Assembly (NCBI GenBank): GCA_963664825.1
Contig: OY761614.1
Span: 1,664,001-1,728,000, forward strand
DNA: 64,000 nucleotides
From: an uncultured Holophaga sp.
GTDB taxonomy: Bacteria; Acidobacteriota; Holophagae; Holophagales; Holophagaceae
Direction of reading: 5' to 3'
The notes beneath the pieces were generated by a model. The model was not told where the DNA came from. It did not search any database and worked only from the letters and a program-made list of their open reading frames with translations. Within the stretch, counting starts at the first letter, position 1, and each line of letters opens with the position of its first letter. The translations under genes and the position numbers were made by a program. Positions 8,276 through 18,462 of this stretch are shown here, in pieces.

Positions 8276-9496
8276 TTGGAATGCGATTCTCAGCCTCGAT
8301 CATCCCTCTTCCGTCAGGAGGCCCTGGAACATCTATTTAAAAATCATGATATCCGTGAACCCTTGTGGGTCTCGCCTCCCTGGACCTGGTTGCTCTTCTT
8401 CGCCCTCGGAAGCGTCTTGCTGGTGGCCCTTCTGGCGGCAATCGTCGGCAAGGTAGAAGTTCAGGACACGGGCAAGGGGATTCTGCACCCTGTGGCGGGT
8501 GTGCGCCTGATCCAGGCTCAGGTTGGGGGAGTGCTGGCCGAGACCTATGCTCACAGTGGCGATACCTTGAGAGAAGGCCAGCCCATCGCCCGCATTGATT
8601 CGGCCCAGGTGCAGGGCGCCATCCTGGAAACGGATCGTCAGTTGCAGCTCCTTCGCTCCCAGGGGCAAACCTTCACCGAGCGAGAAGACAAGTTGCTCCA
8701 GGAACAACTTCGCGCCGTCCAGACGAAGCTTGTCCATCAGAACACGCAAGTGAAAAGCTTTGAGAGTTCCGTGAAAATCCAGGAAAAGAGAGTGGAAGCT
8801 ACGCGCAGACTGCTTGTGGAAAAATTGGTGGCACCCATCAATCTAGACGAGGCTCAAGATCAACTCAATGCGGCCCTACGCACACTCGATAGCGCGAAGC
8901 AGCAAATGGTGCAGCTTCGCCAGGAGTTTTCGACTCTTGAGAGCCAGCGGCAACGCAACCAGTGGCAACGGCTCCAGGACCTGAATGGCTCCCAGTCCAA
9001 GCGGGATGCCCTGGATTCGTCCTTGCGTCAGACCAATGTCGTAGCGCCGGTGGCGGGTTTTCTGGAAGCCCTGGTGGCGCGTCCAGGGGATCTTCTTCAG
9101 CCGGGGCAGACCATCGCCAAGATTATCTCCGAGGATTCACCGCTGCAGGTGGTGGCCTTCCTGCCCGAAAAGGACCGGGCCTTCGTCAAGTCGGGCGATC
9201 AGGTATTGCTGGAAATGGAGGCCTATCTTTTCACGGAGTTTGGCACATTGAAAGGCCGCGTCACGCGCATTGGGTCTGATCTGGCCTCTCAGTATGAAAT
9301 CCAGGAAGCCCGTGGGGAAACGGGCAAGCTGGATACGCCAGCCTATCGCGTGGAGATCGAACTGCGGCCCGAGCGCTCCAAGCGTTTCTCGGGCGTGAAG
9401 ATCCGCCCCGGTATGCTGCTTTCGGCTCGCTTTACCCTGCGGCGGCAGCGCCTCATCACCATCGTGCTGGATCCCCTGCGACGCTGGCTGGAGTAG
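8276..9496 (+). CDS. HlyD-family membrane fusion protein of a peptide export system
   Basis: LFRQEAL N-terminal motif, a single TM, lipoyl halves flanking a long coiled coil, IRPGM near the C-terminus. Likely start is TTG 8276 with GGAG (ORF track starts at 8210). Confidence 0.9.
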   Translation: MECDSQPRSSLFRQEALEHLFKNHDIREPLWVSPPWTWLLFFALGSVLLVALLAAIVGKVEVQDTGKGILHPVAGVRLIQAQVGGVLAETYAHSGDTLREGQPIARIDSAQVQGAILETDRQLQLLRSQGQTFTEREDKLLQEQLRAVQTKLVHQNTQVKSFESSVKIQEKRVEATRRLLVEKLVAPINLDEAQDQLNAALRTLDSAKQQMVQLRQEFSTLESQRQRNQWQRLQDLNGSQSKRDALDSSLRQTNVVAPVAGFLEALVARPGDLLQPGQTIAKIISEDSPLQVVAFLPEKDRAFVKSGDQVLLEMEAYLFTEFGTLKGRVTRIGSDLASQYEIQEARGETGKLDTPAYRVEIELRPERSKRFSGVKIRPGMLLSARFTLRRQRLITIVLDPLRRWLE

Positions 9497-9499
9497 CCC

Positions 9500-10329
9500 G
9501 TGATGCACCGCGTTCCTTACGTCCCCCAGATGGAAATGGTGGAGTGCGGCGCCGCCGCGCTGGCTATGGTGATGGGCTATTGGGGCCATCATGCGCCCCT
9601 TCCAGAGGTGCGCGAGGCCTGCAAGGTCTCTCGGGATGGCGCCAACGCCGCCAATATCCTTCAAGCTGGGCGGAGTTTTGGCCTGGAGGCCGAGGCCGTG
9701 AAGGTGGAGGTGCAGCACATTCGGGATCTTCCTCTTCCCGCAATTCTCCACTGGGAGTTCAAGCATTTCGTGGTGTTGGAGCGCATCACCTCCAGGGGTG
9801 TCCATATCGTGGATCCTGGGATGGGCAGGCGCTTCGTCACTTGGGCGGAATTTCGAACATCATTTACGGGAGTGGCGCTGGTATTCGCTCCCGATGACGA
9901 CTTTGTCGAACGTAAGCGGCGCTTCCCAAGCTTGGGCCGCTACCTGGAAATCCTGCGGAGCGTTCGGCCCAGTCTCGTGCAGCTTCTGGGGGCTTCCCTC
10001 ATGCTCCAGGCTGTGGGTCTGATATTTCCCGTGGCCAGTCAGGTCCTGGTGGACCGGGTGCTTTTGCCCCACTACCAGCCTTGGTTATGGGGACTTGCAG
10101 TGGGTCTCGCGTCTGCCGTGATCGGATACCTGGCCAACGCCAGCTCGTGGCTATCACAGCGGTCCTGGCCTCAGACAAACATCTCCTGCTCCTGGACGAA
10201 GTCCTTTCCAATCTAGACTGGGTGAGCCGCCAGCGTATCCTCCAATGCCCCCGGTTCAAAGGCAGAACCATCATCTATGCAAGTCATGAGGAAGTCCTGG
10301 TGGGAAGAGAAGAGGGGAAAATGTTGTAA
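9500..10329 (+). pseudogene. Peptidase C39-containing ABC transporter with a large internal deletion and frame switch
   Basis: Frame 9500-10216 has QMEMVECG, HFVV, VDPG and two TM helices. From about 10125 a different frame reads GQRQL...LLLLDE..SNLD...IIYASH (signature remnant, Walker B, H-loop). Most of the TM domain and Walker A are missing. Confidence 0.85.
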
Positions 10330-10402
10330 TTATTTATTAATTGAATTGCATTAGGCGGTGGTTTCATGCATGGCATAGCCCCCGGCTAAACTGAGACAAT
10401 AA

Positions 10403-11740
10403 ATGCACCCCTTCCCGGAGATCCCCCAGGCCCGCATGATCCTCGACCCCGAGGGGCTGGAGGCCTACCGGCGGGACGAATCCCATCTCCAGGGGCCAAG
10501 GCCCCTGGCCGTGGTGAAGCCCCGCGGTCCCCAGGCCCTTCGGGAGCTGGTGCGCCTGGCCAAGACCGAAGGCTTCGCCTTGGTGCCCCGGGGCACGGGC
10601 ACGGGGAAGGCCGGGGGCTGCGTGCCCACGGAGCGATGCGTGGTGGTGGACTTGAGTGAATGGCCTGGGGAGATCCGCATCTCCCGCCCGGATCTCGCCC
10701 TCCAGGCTCCGGCCAGCGTGCTCCTGAGGGAGGTGAAGGCCGCTGCCTTGGCTCAGGGCCTCTTCTATGCCCCTGATCCGAATTCCTGGGATCAATGCTC
10801 CTTTGGCGGCACCCTGGCCACCAACGCGGGTGGGCCCTCCGCCGCCAAGTACGGCATGACCCGGCACTGGGTGTTGGCGGTGGAGGCCCTCATGGGCGAC
10901 GGCGAGATCCACACCTTCGGCATTCCCACCGTGAAGAACAACGCCGGGCCCGCCCTGGCCCAACTCCTGGTGGGCAGCGAGGGCATCTTCGGCATCCTGC
11001 TGGGCGCCACCGTGCGCTTGATCCCCGCGCCCCGGGAGCGGCTCACCCTGCTCTTGCCCGCCCGGGATTGGCACAGCCTCCTGGAATTGCCCTCCCTGCT
11101 GGTGGGCGCGGGACTCCTGCCCAGCGCCTTCGAGTTCTGGGACCCGGCGGTGCTGGAGCTGTTGCGCCACTTTGGCCCCGAAGAGGCCCGCCGGATGCCG
11201 GGAGAGGGTCTCGCCCTGCTGGAATTCGATGATCCGGGCTGCGGAACGGAAGCCTTCCTGGAACAACTGCTGGAGCTCCTCGGCCCGGTCTCCGAGGATC
11301 TGCAGAGCGCCACCGACGCCCGCCAGCGGGAAGCCCTCTGGGCCATCCGTCGCCAGACCAGCGTCGTGCTCAAGGATCACTTCCCCCGGAAGATGAGCGA
11401 GGATATCGTCGTGCCGAGAAGCCAGGTGCGCGCTTTCTTTGAGGGTGTAGACGCCCTCCATCTGCCCCTGGTGACCTACGGGCACCTGGGGGATGGCAAT
11501 CTGCACGTGAATTTCCTCCAGGCCGGGGAATGCGCGCCCCCGGAGATGGAGGCCCATCTGATGGCCCTATTCCGTCTATGTCTCCGGTTGGGGGGCACCC
11601 TCAGCGGCGAACATGGCATCGGCCTGGCCAAGCGGGAGGCCTTTCTGGCCCTCTCCGATCCGTACCAGATCCAGGCCCTGCGCGCCCTCAAGGGGGCCCT
11701 GGACCCCTTCGCCCTCTTTAATCCCGGAAAGGTCATTTGA
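10403..11740 (+). CDS. FAD-linked oxidase (GlcD/D-lactate dehydrogenase family)
   Basis: PRGTGTGKAGG, FYAPDPNS, TNAGG..KYG, GHLGDGNLH, SGEHGIG, NPGK. Confidence 0.9.
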   Translation: MHPFPEIPQARMILDPEGLEAYRRDESHLQGPRPLAVVKPRGPQALRELVRLAKTEGFALVPRGTGTGKAGGCVPTERCVVVDLSEWPGEIRISRPDLALQAPASVLLREVKAAALAQGLFYAPDPNSWDQCSFGGTLATNAGGPSAAKYGMTRHWVLAVEALMGDGEIHTFGIPTVKNNAGPALAQLLVGSEGIFGILLGATVRLIPAPRERLTLLLPARDWHSLLELPSLLVGAGLLPSAFEFWDPAVLELLRHFGPEEARRMPGEGLALLEFDDPGCGTEAFLEQLLELLGPVSEDLQSATDARQREALWAIRRQTSVVLKDHFPRKMSEDIVVPRSQVRAFFEGVDALHLPLVTYGHLGDGNLHVNFLQAGECAPPEMEAHLMALFRLCLRLGGTLSGEHGIGLAKREAFLALSDPYQIQALRALKGALDPFALFNPGKVI

Positions 11741-13347
11741 TGCGATCTCCCTTCGCTGCGGTGCTCATGGCGGGCATGGCTCTGGGCATTCTTCAGGGGG
11801 CCCCTCCCAAGAAGGCGGCCCCGAAGACTCAAGCCCGCAAGGCCCTGCCCGATATCCCGGCAGCCGGGGCCAGCGGCGAGCTTCTGGACCTGGAGAGCGG
11901 GCGCAGTCGGGCCCTCGGCGCCATGCTGGAGAGCCGCACGGATTTCCAGGCCACGGCCTTTCCCGAGGGCCGAGTCCTGATCACCGGCGGCAGCCTGAAG
12001 GGGGGCACGACGGAGTGGTTCGACCCTGGCACCCGGCGTTTCACGGCGGGTCCCTCCATGGCCCAGGCGCGCCAGGGCCACAGTGCGCTGCTCCTGAAGG
12101 ACGGCCGGCTGCTGGTGGCAGGGGGCACGGAGAACCCCTCGGCGGCGGAGATCCTGGATCCGGCCACCGGGAAATTCGAAGCCCTGCCCGGGGATATCCG
12201 TTTCGGCCTTTCCGCCGAGCTCCTGGAGACCGAAGGTGGGGTATTGCTGGTGGATGGACAGACGGGTGCGTGCTGGCTCTGGGGCGGACAGGCCAAGGCT
12301 CCCCGATCCACAGGCAGCCTGGGGAACCCCCGGCTTTTCTTCCGTGCCCTGCGCCTCGGGGATGGGCGCGTGCTGGTGACGGGGGGCTGGCGCCCGGAAC
12401 CTTCCAAGGCAAGGCGGCCCCTGCCATCCAAACCCGTCTCCGCCGATATTCCCGCCGAGATCTTCAATCCCCGGAAGGGCCGCTGGAGCGCCTGGAAGGC
12501 TTCCCTTAGGCCCCGGGCGCGCCACCAGGCGGCCCTGTTGCCGGATGGAAGGGTGGCCCTCTTCGGGGGCTTCGGCGCCCGGGCGGAGATCGCCGAGGAC
12601 AGCCTGGAGATCCTGGATCCCATCCATGAGAGCGTGACGGTGGCCGGGAGGCTCTCCCCCAGGGGGCTCCCTTCCCCGGGGTGGGCCTCTCTGGGAGAGG
12701 GCGGCCTCTATCTTCCCGAGGGCGCCACCTCCCCGTGGAAGATCACTGCGCCTGAGGGGTGGCTGAATCCGGGCCCCACGGCCTGGCGTCTGGGCAATGC
12801 CTATCAGGCTCCCGTCCTGGTGCCCCTCAAGGGCATGGGGCTGCTGGTGGTGGGCTCCAGCGTATGGGGCCCCGGCTTGGAGCGCTGGGATCCCCGGATT
12901 GGCCAGTGCCAGTATCTGGGGGCCCTGCGGGCGGGCACGGAAACTTTGAGTCTGGTGGGCGGCAAGGTGCTCGCCCTCGGGCCCATCGTGGACGCCGTGG
13001 ATCCCAAGACCGGTGCGCTCACGGTCCTGGGCAGGCGCGAGGAACTGACAGCCCAGCTAAAGCAGGGCCGGACCCCAGGCGCTCCGCAGCCCCTCGGCCT
13101 GCCGCCCTTCCCCCCGGGGCAGGTCCTGCGGGATTGCCTGGTCCTGCGCCTGGATGCCCAGAAGGCGCTCGTCCTGGGAGGGCGTTCGGAGGCTTTCCCC
13201 GAGGGCACGGACCAGGTCTGGGTCTGGGATCTGAAGAAGAAGACCCTCAGGCCCAGTGGCCCCATGAAGACCAAGCGGGTCTTCCCGGCCATCCCCCAGG
13301 GCCAGGGGGCGCTCAAGCTGGGGGACGGTTCTGTGCTCATCTGGTAG
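11737..13347 (+). CDS. Secreted Kelch/galactose-oxidase-like beta-propeller protein
   Basis: Signal peptide; repeated L.DGRVLV.GG...E..DP blades. Confidence 0.78.
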   Translation: MMRSPFAAVLMAGMALGILQGAPPKKAAPKTQARKALPDIPAAGASGELLDLESGRSRALGAMLESRTDFQATAFPEGRVLITGGSLKGGTTEWFDPGTRRFTAGPSMAQARQGHSALLLKDGRLLVAGGTENPSAAEILDPATGKFEALPGDIRFGLSAELLETEGGVLLVDGQTGACWLWGGQAKAPRSTGSLGNPRLFFRALRLGDGRVLVTGGWRPEPSKARRPLPSKPVSADIPAEIFNPRKGRWSAWKASLRPRARHQAALLPDGRVALFGGFGARAEIAEDSLEILDPIHESVTVAGRLSPRGLPSPGWASLGEGGLYLPEGATSPWKITAPEGWLNPGPTAWRLGNAYQAPVLVPLKGMGLLVVGSSVWGPGLERWDPRIGQCQYLGALRAGTETLSLVGGKVLALGPIVDAVDPKTGALTVLGRREELTAQLKQGRTPGAPQPLGLPPFPPGQVLRDCLVLRLDAQKALVLGGRSEAFPEGTDQVWVWDLKKKTLRPSGPMKTKRVFPAIPQGQGALKLGDGSVLIW

Positions 13348-13385
13348 AGCTGGGGAACATCATGGAATTTCCACCGGAGGCAATC

Positions 13386-14033
13386 ATGCCCTTGATCCTT
13401 GGCCACCGCGGCCTTTCCGCAAAGCATCTGGAGAATTCCGGGGAGGCCTTTCGCGCCGCCCTCCAGGCGGGCATGGACGGCTTCGAACTGGATGTCCAGC
13501 CCACCCAGGACGGCGTCTCCATGGTGCTCCACGATGATGATCTGGCCCGTACGGCGAGCGCTTCGGGCCTCCTCCGGCAGATGAGGTCCACGGAACTGCC
13601 GCGGCTCAAGAACGGCGAGGAGGTTCCCAGGCTCTCGGATGTGCTGGAACTGCCCGCCCGGCTCATCAATGTGGAGCTCAAGGGGGAACCGGGCTGGAAG
13701 CAGGCCCTGGCCGCCGTGGATGCGGCCGAGGCCCTGGACCGGGTGCTCTTCTCCAGCTTCGAGCCCAGCGAGGTGCTCCAGCTCTGGGCGGAATGCCCCG
13801 AAGCCCGGTGCGGCTTCCTGTGGGAGACCGAGGAAGCCGAGGCGCTCACCGAGGAGGAACTGGGCGGCCTCCCTCCCAAACTGATGCTCCACCTGCCTCT
13901 GGAGGCCGTGCAGGCCCGCCCGGAATTCTGGAGGCCCTACGCCGATCGGCTGGTGCTGTGGGGCATGAAGACGCCCGGAGAGGCCGCAGGGCTCGGCTTC
14001 GCACCCGCGATCCTCATCACCGACGGGCTCTGA
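13386..14033 (+). CDS. Glycerophosphodiester phosphodiesterase family
   Basis: ILGHRG..ENS..AF, ELDV..T.DG..VLHD, NVELK. ATG at 13386 has a GGAGG RBS. Confidence 0.88.
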   Translation: MPLILGHRGLSAKHLENSGEAFRAALQAGMDGFELDVQPTQDGVSMVLHDDDLARTASASGLLRQMRSTELPRLKNGEEVPRLSDVLELPARLINVELKGEPGWKQALAAVDAAEALDRVLFSSFEPSEVLQLWAECPEARCGFLWETEEAEALTEEELGGLPPKLMLHLPLEAVQARPEFWRPYADRLVLWGMKTPGEAAGLGFAPAILITDGL

Positions 14034-14037
14034 GGTC

Positions 14038-15345
14038 CTACGGACGCCGGGGGAGGCTGCGTTGCAGGCTCCCCAGCTGGAACCCCGCCCAGTACCAGAG
14101 TCCCGATAGCCCCACAGCAATAGCTGCCACGGGTACGGCCAGCCAGCCCAGGCAGGCCGGGGCCCAGGCCCCCAGGAAGTCCCCGCCCCGGTAGACGAAG
14201 GTGTCGATGAAGGGCTTGGATTTGTATTTCTCGTCGGGCCCCAGGGGGATGTAGAGGATCTCCCGGGCGGGCCGGTCCACGGCGTAGTGCAGGCCCCTTC
14301 GCAGCACCTGGAAGAGGGCGAGCACGACGAAGGTGGGCCAGATCCAGAGGGCGCCGAAGCCTGCGATGGTCATGACGGGCAGCAGGACGAGCACGGGCCT
14401 CAATCCGAAGGTGGTGATCAGCCTGCCCGTGAGGAAGAGTTGGGTCAAAAGCGTCAGGATGTTCACCCACAGATCGATGCGCGCGAAGGCTGCCGTGCGG
14501 GCCGCCGAACTGGTGAAGGCCTTGGCCACGATGCTGCCCTGGGCCATGTAGAGGAGGGTGGTCGTGAGGGTAAAGAGCAGGATGTAGGCGCAGATGAGCG
14601 CCAGGTAGCGGGACTTTCCGATGAGACGCAGCCCTTCCAGGAAGCCGGGCCCCGGCTCCCGGGGGCCCCCGGCCTTATTACCCAGTTGGTAGCGCCGGGC
14701 CAGGGCCAACACGCACTGGGTGGCCAGCTCCAGGAAGGCCGCGGCCACCAGGATGAGGGCACCGGGGCTGGCCTTCACGGGCAGGGAAAACCCGAAGGCG
14801 ATTCCGCGACTGAGGGCCTCCGTGAGGCCCGCTCCCACGATGGCGCCCAGGGTGCCCCCCATGGCGATGAAGGCGAAGAGGCGCTGGCCCTGCTCCTCCT
14901 CGAAGAGATCGGACATGAAACCCCAGAACACGCTCACCACGAAGAGGTTGTAGACGCTCAGCCAGACGTAAAAGGTATAGCCCAGGCCTGGGCCGCCGTG
15001 TCCCGGGAGCAGTTGGAAGAGCCCAAAGAAGACCAGCAGATTCAGCCCGAAGAACCGGTAGGCCATGGGGATGAAGCGCCGCCGGGGCAGGTGCGAGACG
15101 AGGGCGGCGAAGGCCGGATTGGCCAGCAGCATGGCCAACAGCGTCCCCGTCATCAGCCAGGGCAGCTTGTCGGCCCCCCGGGCGATACCCATGGCCTCCC
15201 GCAGGGGCCGAAGCAGGTAGTAGCCCAGCATGAGGCAGAAGAAGTAGGCCGATGAAAGCAGCAGCGCCCGCCCCTCGCCGGGCTTCACGCTCACCAGTCG
15301 TCCCAGGAGGCCCGGTCTTGGCGCGGTATCAGGGACTTCATGCAT
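14038..15345 (-). CDS. MFS transporter, NTP/NDP exchange (TLC-like) family
   Basis: About 12 TM helices; YYLLRPLRE, VSVFWGFMSD, KYKSKPFIDTFVYRGGD. Confidence 0.82.
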   Translation of the reverse strand: MHEVPDTAPRPGLLGRLVSVKPGEGRALLLSSAYFFCLMLGYYLLRPLREAMGIARGADKLPWLMTGTLLAMLLANPAFAALVSHLPRRRFIPMAYRFFGLNLLVFFGLFQLLPGHGGPGLGYTFYVWLSVYNLFVVSVFWGFMSDLFEEEQGQRLFAFIAMGGTLGAIVGAGLTEALSRGIAFGFSLPVKASPGALILVAAAFLELATQCVLALARRYQLGNKAGGPREPGPGFLEGLRLIGKSRYLALICAYILLFTLTTTLLYMAQGSIVAKAFTSSAARTAAFARIDLWVNILTLLTQLFLTGRLITTFGLRPVLVLLPVMTIAGFGALWIWPTFVVLALFQVLRRGLHYAVDRPAREILYIPLGPDEKYKSKPFIDTFVYRGGDFLGAWAPACLGWLAVPVAAIAVGLSGLWYWAGFQLGSLQRSLPRRP

Positions 15346-15452
15346 GGCATTCTCCAGATTCGTGGCTTGCATTGGATACTCGAGCGATTATATATGTAAG
15401 CTTACGAGGCATTGTGAATCGATTCACCTTCGGCCCATTTCCAGGAGCTCCC

Positions 15453-16571
15453 ATGGCCCTTCTTCGACGGCTCTTCCCTCCGTGGATCTTCGTTCTAGGC
15501 GCTTTCGCGTGCCTGCCCGGGAGCCTCTCCGCCGCGCCCGTGAAGCCCCTGCGCATCCTGATTCTGGGAGGCACGGGCTATCTGGGGCCCGCCACCATCG
15601 AGGCCGCCCAGGCCCGGGGCCACAGGGTGACGATGTTCAACCGCGGCAAGACCCGTCCGGATCTCTTCCCTGGCGTCGAGAGGCTCCACGGGGAGCGTGA
15701 TCCCCTGAAGGGCGAGGGTCTGAAGGCCTTGGAAAAGGGCGAATGGGACGTGGTCATCGATAACAGCGCCTACTACCCGCGCCTGGTGAAGGTCTCGGCG
15801 GAACTGCTGGCCAAGCGTTGCAGGCAGTACATCCTCATCAGCTCCATCTCCGCCTACAAGGAACCCAATCCCGTCCGCGGCGATGAGGCCGCGCCCCTGG
15901 CCACCATGCCCGATCCGGCCCTGGAAAATATGGGCAAGAATTCCGAATACTACGGCGCCCTGAAGGCCCTCTGTGAGCAGGCCGCAGAAAAGGCCATGCC
16001 CGGCCGGGTGACGGTGGTGCGCCCAGGCTACATCGTGGGCCCCGATGACCCCACCGGGCGCTTCACCTATTGGCCCGCCCGCTTCCAGCGGGGCGGCGAG
16101 ATCGCCGTGCCGGGCCGGGCTTCCGATCCCATCCAGATCATCGATGTGCGGGATCTGGGCAAGTGGCTGGTGCGCCTGGCGGAAAATGGCACAACGGGCA
16201 CCTTCAACGCCTGCGGTCCCGAGAAGGCACTGACCTGGGGGCGTGTGATCGAGGCCTGCCAGAGGGCCACCTTCACTCAGTCCACCCTCCAATGGATACC
16301 GGCGACCTTCGTGACCCAGCAGGACGGGCTGGAATTCCCCATCTGGGCTCCCGCCGAGGGGGAGACCCGGGGCTTTCATACCTGGAACAATGCCAAGGCC
16401 ATCAAGGCCGGACTGCGGTTCCGCCCTGTGGAGGAGACCGTGAAGGACACGCTGGCTTGGTTCAAGACCCAGGAGACCCTGGAGAAGGGCCGGAACAAGC
16501 TGGCGGGCCCCAGTCTTGATGCCGAGGCCAAGCTCCTGGCCGCCTGGAAGGCCGCGGCCAAGAAAAAGTAG
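15453..16571 (+). CDS. NAD-dependent epimerase/dehydratase (atypical SDR), signal-like N-terminus
   Basis: [29 protein letters not shown]. Confidence 0.88.
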   Translation: MALLRRLFPPWIFVLGAFACLPGSLSAAPVKPLRILILGGTGYLGPATIEAAQARGHRVTMFNRGKTRPDLFPGVERLHGERDPLKGEGLKALEKGEWDVVIDNSAYYPRLVKVSAELLAKRCRQYILISSISAYKEPNPVRGDEAAPLATMPDPALENMGKNSEYYGALKALCEQAAEKAMPGRVTVVRPGYIVGPDDPTGRFTYWPARFQRGGEIAVPGRASDPIQIIDVRDLGKWLVRLAENGTTGTFNACGPEKALTWGRVIEACQRATFTQSTLQWIPATFVTQQDGLEFPIWAPAEGETRGFHTWNNAKAIKAGLRFRPVEETVKDTLAWFKTQETLEKGRNKLAGPSLDAEAKLLAAWKAAAKKK

Positions 16572-16702
16572 GTTCGGGGGGATTTTTGGAAGAGGGGTCG
16601 CCCAGGACGGGTTCCCGTGGTGAAATTATTGTTTCGCCTCGTGAAGGGTCCGCGCGTCCCCTTCCCAGGGTTTGTCCCAACGATGCCGACGGAGAATCAA
16701 CC

Positions 16703-17695
16703 ATGGCCGTCAACCTCAAGGGTCGCAGCTTCCTCACCCTCATGGACTTCACGCCTTCTGAAGTCCGCTACATGCTCGATCTCAGTCACGATCTGAAGGC
16801 CAAGAAGCGGATGGGCGTCTTCAACTACCTGCTCAAAGGCAAGAACATCGTCCTGCTCTTCGAAAAGGCCTCCACGCGCACGCGCTGCGCCTTCGAGGTG
16901 GGGGCCCTGGAAGAAGGCGCCCACGTCACCTTCCTGGATTCCAATAGCTCCCAGATGGGCAAGAAGGAGAGCCTGGAAGATACCGCCAAGGTGCTGGGCC
17001 GCTTCTTCGATGGCATCGAGTATCGCGGCTTCAAGCAGGAGGTGGTGGAACAGCTGGCCAAGCATAGCGGCGTGCCCGTCTGGAATGGCCTCACGGATTC
17101 CGATCACCCCACCCAGATCCTGGCCGATTTCCTCACCATCGAGGAGCACTGCGCCAAGCCCCTCAGCAAGGTGAAGCTGGTCTTCTGCGGCGATATCCGC
17201 AACAACATGAGCTACGCCCTGATGTATGGCGCGGCCAAGACCGGCATGCACTTCGTGGCTCTCGGCCCCGATAGCCTCAACCCCGATCCCAAGGTGCTGG
17301 CCGTCGCTCGCGAAGCCGCCAAGGAGACCGGCGCCATCATCGAGGTCTGCCACGACATGAAGACCGCCGTGAAGGACGCCGATGTGCTCTACACGGATGT
17401 CTGGGCCTCCATGGGCGAAGAGGCCCTGATCCCCGAGCGCGTCAAGCAACTCACCCCCTACAAGGTCACGATGGAAATGATCGAAGCCACCGGCAACAAG
17501 GACGTGCTCTTCCTGCACTGCCTGCCCGCCTTCCACGACTTCGAGACCAAGCTGGCCAAGGAGCAGAAGGAGAAGGGCTTCGATATCCGGGAAGTCACCG
17601 ACGAGGTCTTCCGCTCCCGCCACAGCGTCGTCTTCGACGAGGCGGAAAACCGCATGCACACGATCAAGGCCGTGATGGTCGCCACCATCGGGTAA
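16703..17695 (+). CDS. argF: Ornithine carbamoyltransferase
   Basis: [35 protein letters not shown]. Confidence 0.95.
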   Translation: MAVNLKGRSFLTLMDFTPSEVRYMLDLSHDLKAKKRMGVFNYLLKGKNIVLLFEKASTRTRCAFEVGALEEGAHVTFLDSNSSQMGKKESLEDTAKVLGRFFDGIEYRGFKQEVVEQLAKHSGVPVWNGLTDSDHPTQILADFLTIEEHCAKPLSKVKLVFCGDIRNNMSYALMYGAAKTGMHFVALGPDSLNPDPKVLAVAREAAKETGAIIEVCHDMKTAVKDADVLYTDVWASMGEEALIPERVKQLTPYKVTMEMIEATGNKDVLFLHCLPAFHDFETKLAKEQKEKGFDIREVTDEVFRSRHSVVFDEAENRMHTIKAVMVATIG

Positions 17696-17709
17696 GGCGT
17701 TGCTGCGAT

Positions 17710-17748
17710 AAAAGAACGGGCCCTTTTCCGGGCCCGTTCTTTTTATTT
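17710..17748 (+). terminator. Intrinsic terminator (bidirectional type)
   Basis: AAAAGAACGGGCCC-TTTTCC-GGGCCCGTTCTTTT perfect 14-bp stem. Confidence 0.85.
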
Positions 17749-17848
17749 GAGAGGGGATTGACTCTTGGGTTTCGCAGATTACTCTGTATTGCAGAGTTCT
17801 CCTTGGCAATGGTGCCGATTGAGCTCTGAACCGACCCCGGAGGTCCCC

Positions 17849-18412
17849 ATGATCCCTTCCCGTTTTTTCCTTCCCCTCTTCTGCTGCGCGGCTCTTGCCG
17901 CTTCTGCCCCCGAATCTTCTGCCCAGCTCATGGAGAAGCCGGTGGCCTTCAGCGGGCCTTCCGCCATCCAGACCTTCGCGGAAGGCACCTTCTTCCACTT
18001 GAGCCTCAGGACCACCTATCCGGAGATCCCGGCCCGGATGATGGAACTGGTGCCCCAGCTTCAAAGGGCCCTGGCGGCCGCGGGTCTGACGAATGCGAGT
18101 CCCCTGCAGGTTGTCTATCACGGGATGAATGGGGACCCGAGCAAGGCCTTCGAAATGGAGGTGGGCGTGCGGGTGCCCAAGGGCACCCAGGCCTCCGGTG
18201 GGTGCCAGGTGCGGACCCTCCAGGCCTTCACCTGCGCCACCAAGGTTTTCACGGGTTCCTTCTCTCAAATCGGGAAGGCCTATGCGGACCTGTATTCGAC
18301 CCTGGTGGCCAGTGGCAAGCAGCCCCAGCCGGAGACCCGCCAGATGGTCCTGTTCTGGGAGGGCGAAACCTCCATCAACAACATGCTGCTGATTCAGATC
18401 GGCATCCAGTAG
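17849..18412 (+). CDS. Exported GyrI-like small-molecule-binding protein
   Basis: Signal peptide; EMEVGVRVP, FTGSFSQIGKAYADL and terminal IQIGI pattern. Confidence 0.7.
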   Translation: MIPSRFFLPLFCCAALAASAPESSAQLMEKPVAFSGPSAIQTFAEGTFFHLSLRTTYPEIPARMMELVPQLQRALAAAGLTNASPLQVVYHGMNGDPSKAFEMEVGVRVPKGTQASGGCQVRTLQAFTCATKVFTGSFSQIGKAYADLYSTLVASGKQPQPETRQMVLFWEGETSINNMLLIQIGIQ

Positions 18413-18462
18413 CCTGAACCCGCCACGCAGGTCATCTACACTTGAATCCGATTGGAGCGAAT

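Noticed and set aside
10345..10380. ATTGCATT and CATAGCC near the island's right edge as another IS1595 end
   Set aside because: The matches are short and their order and spacing do not fit an IR followed by a target duplication.
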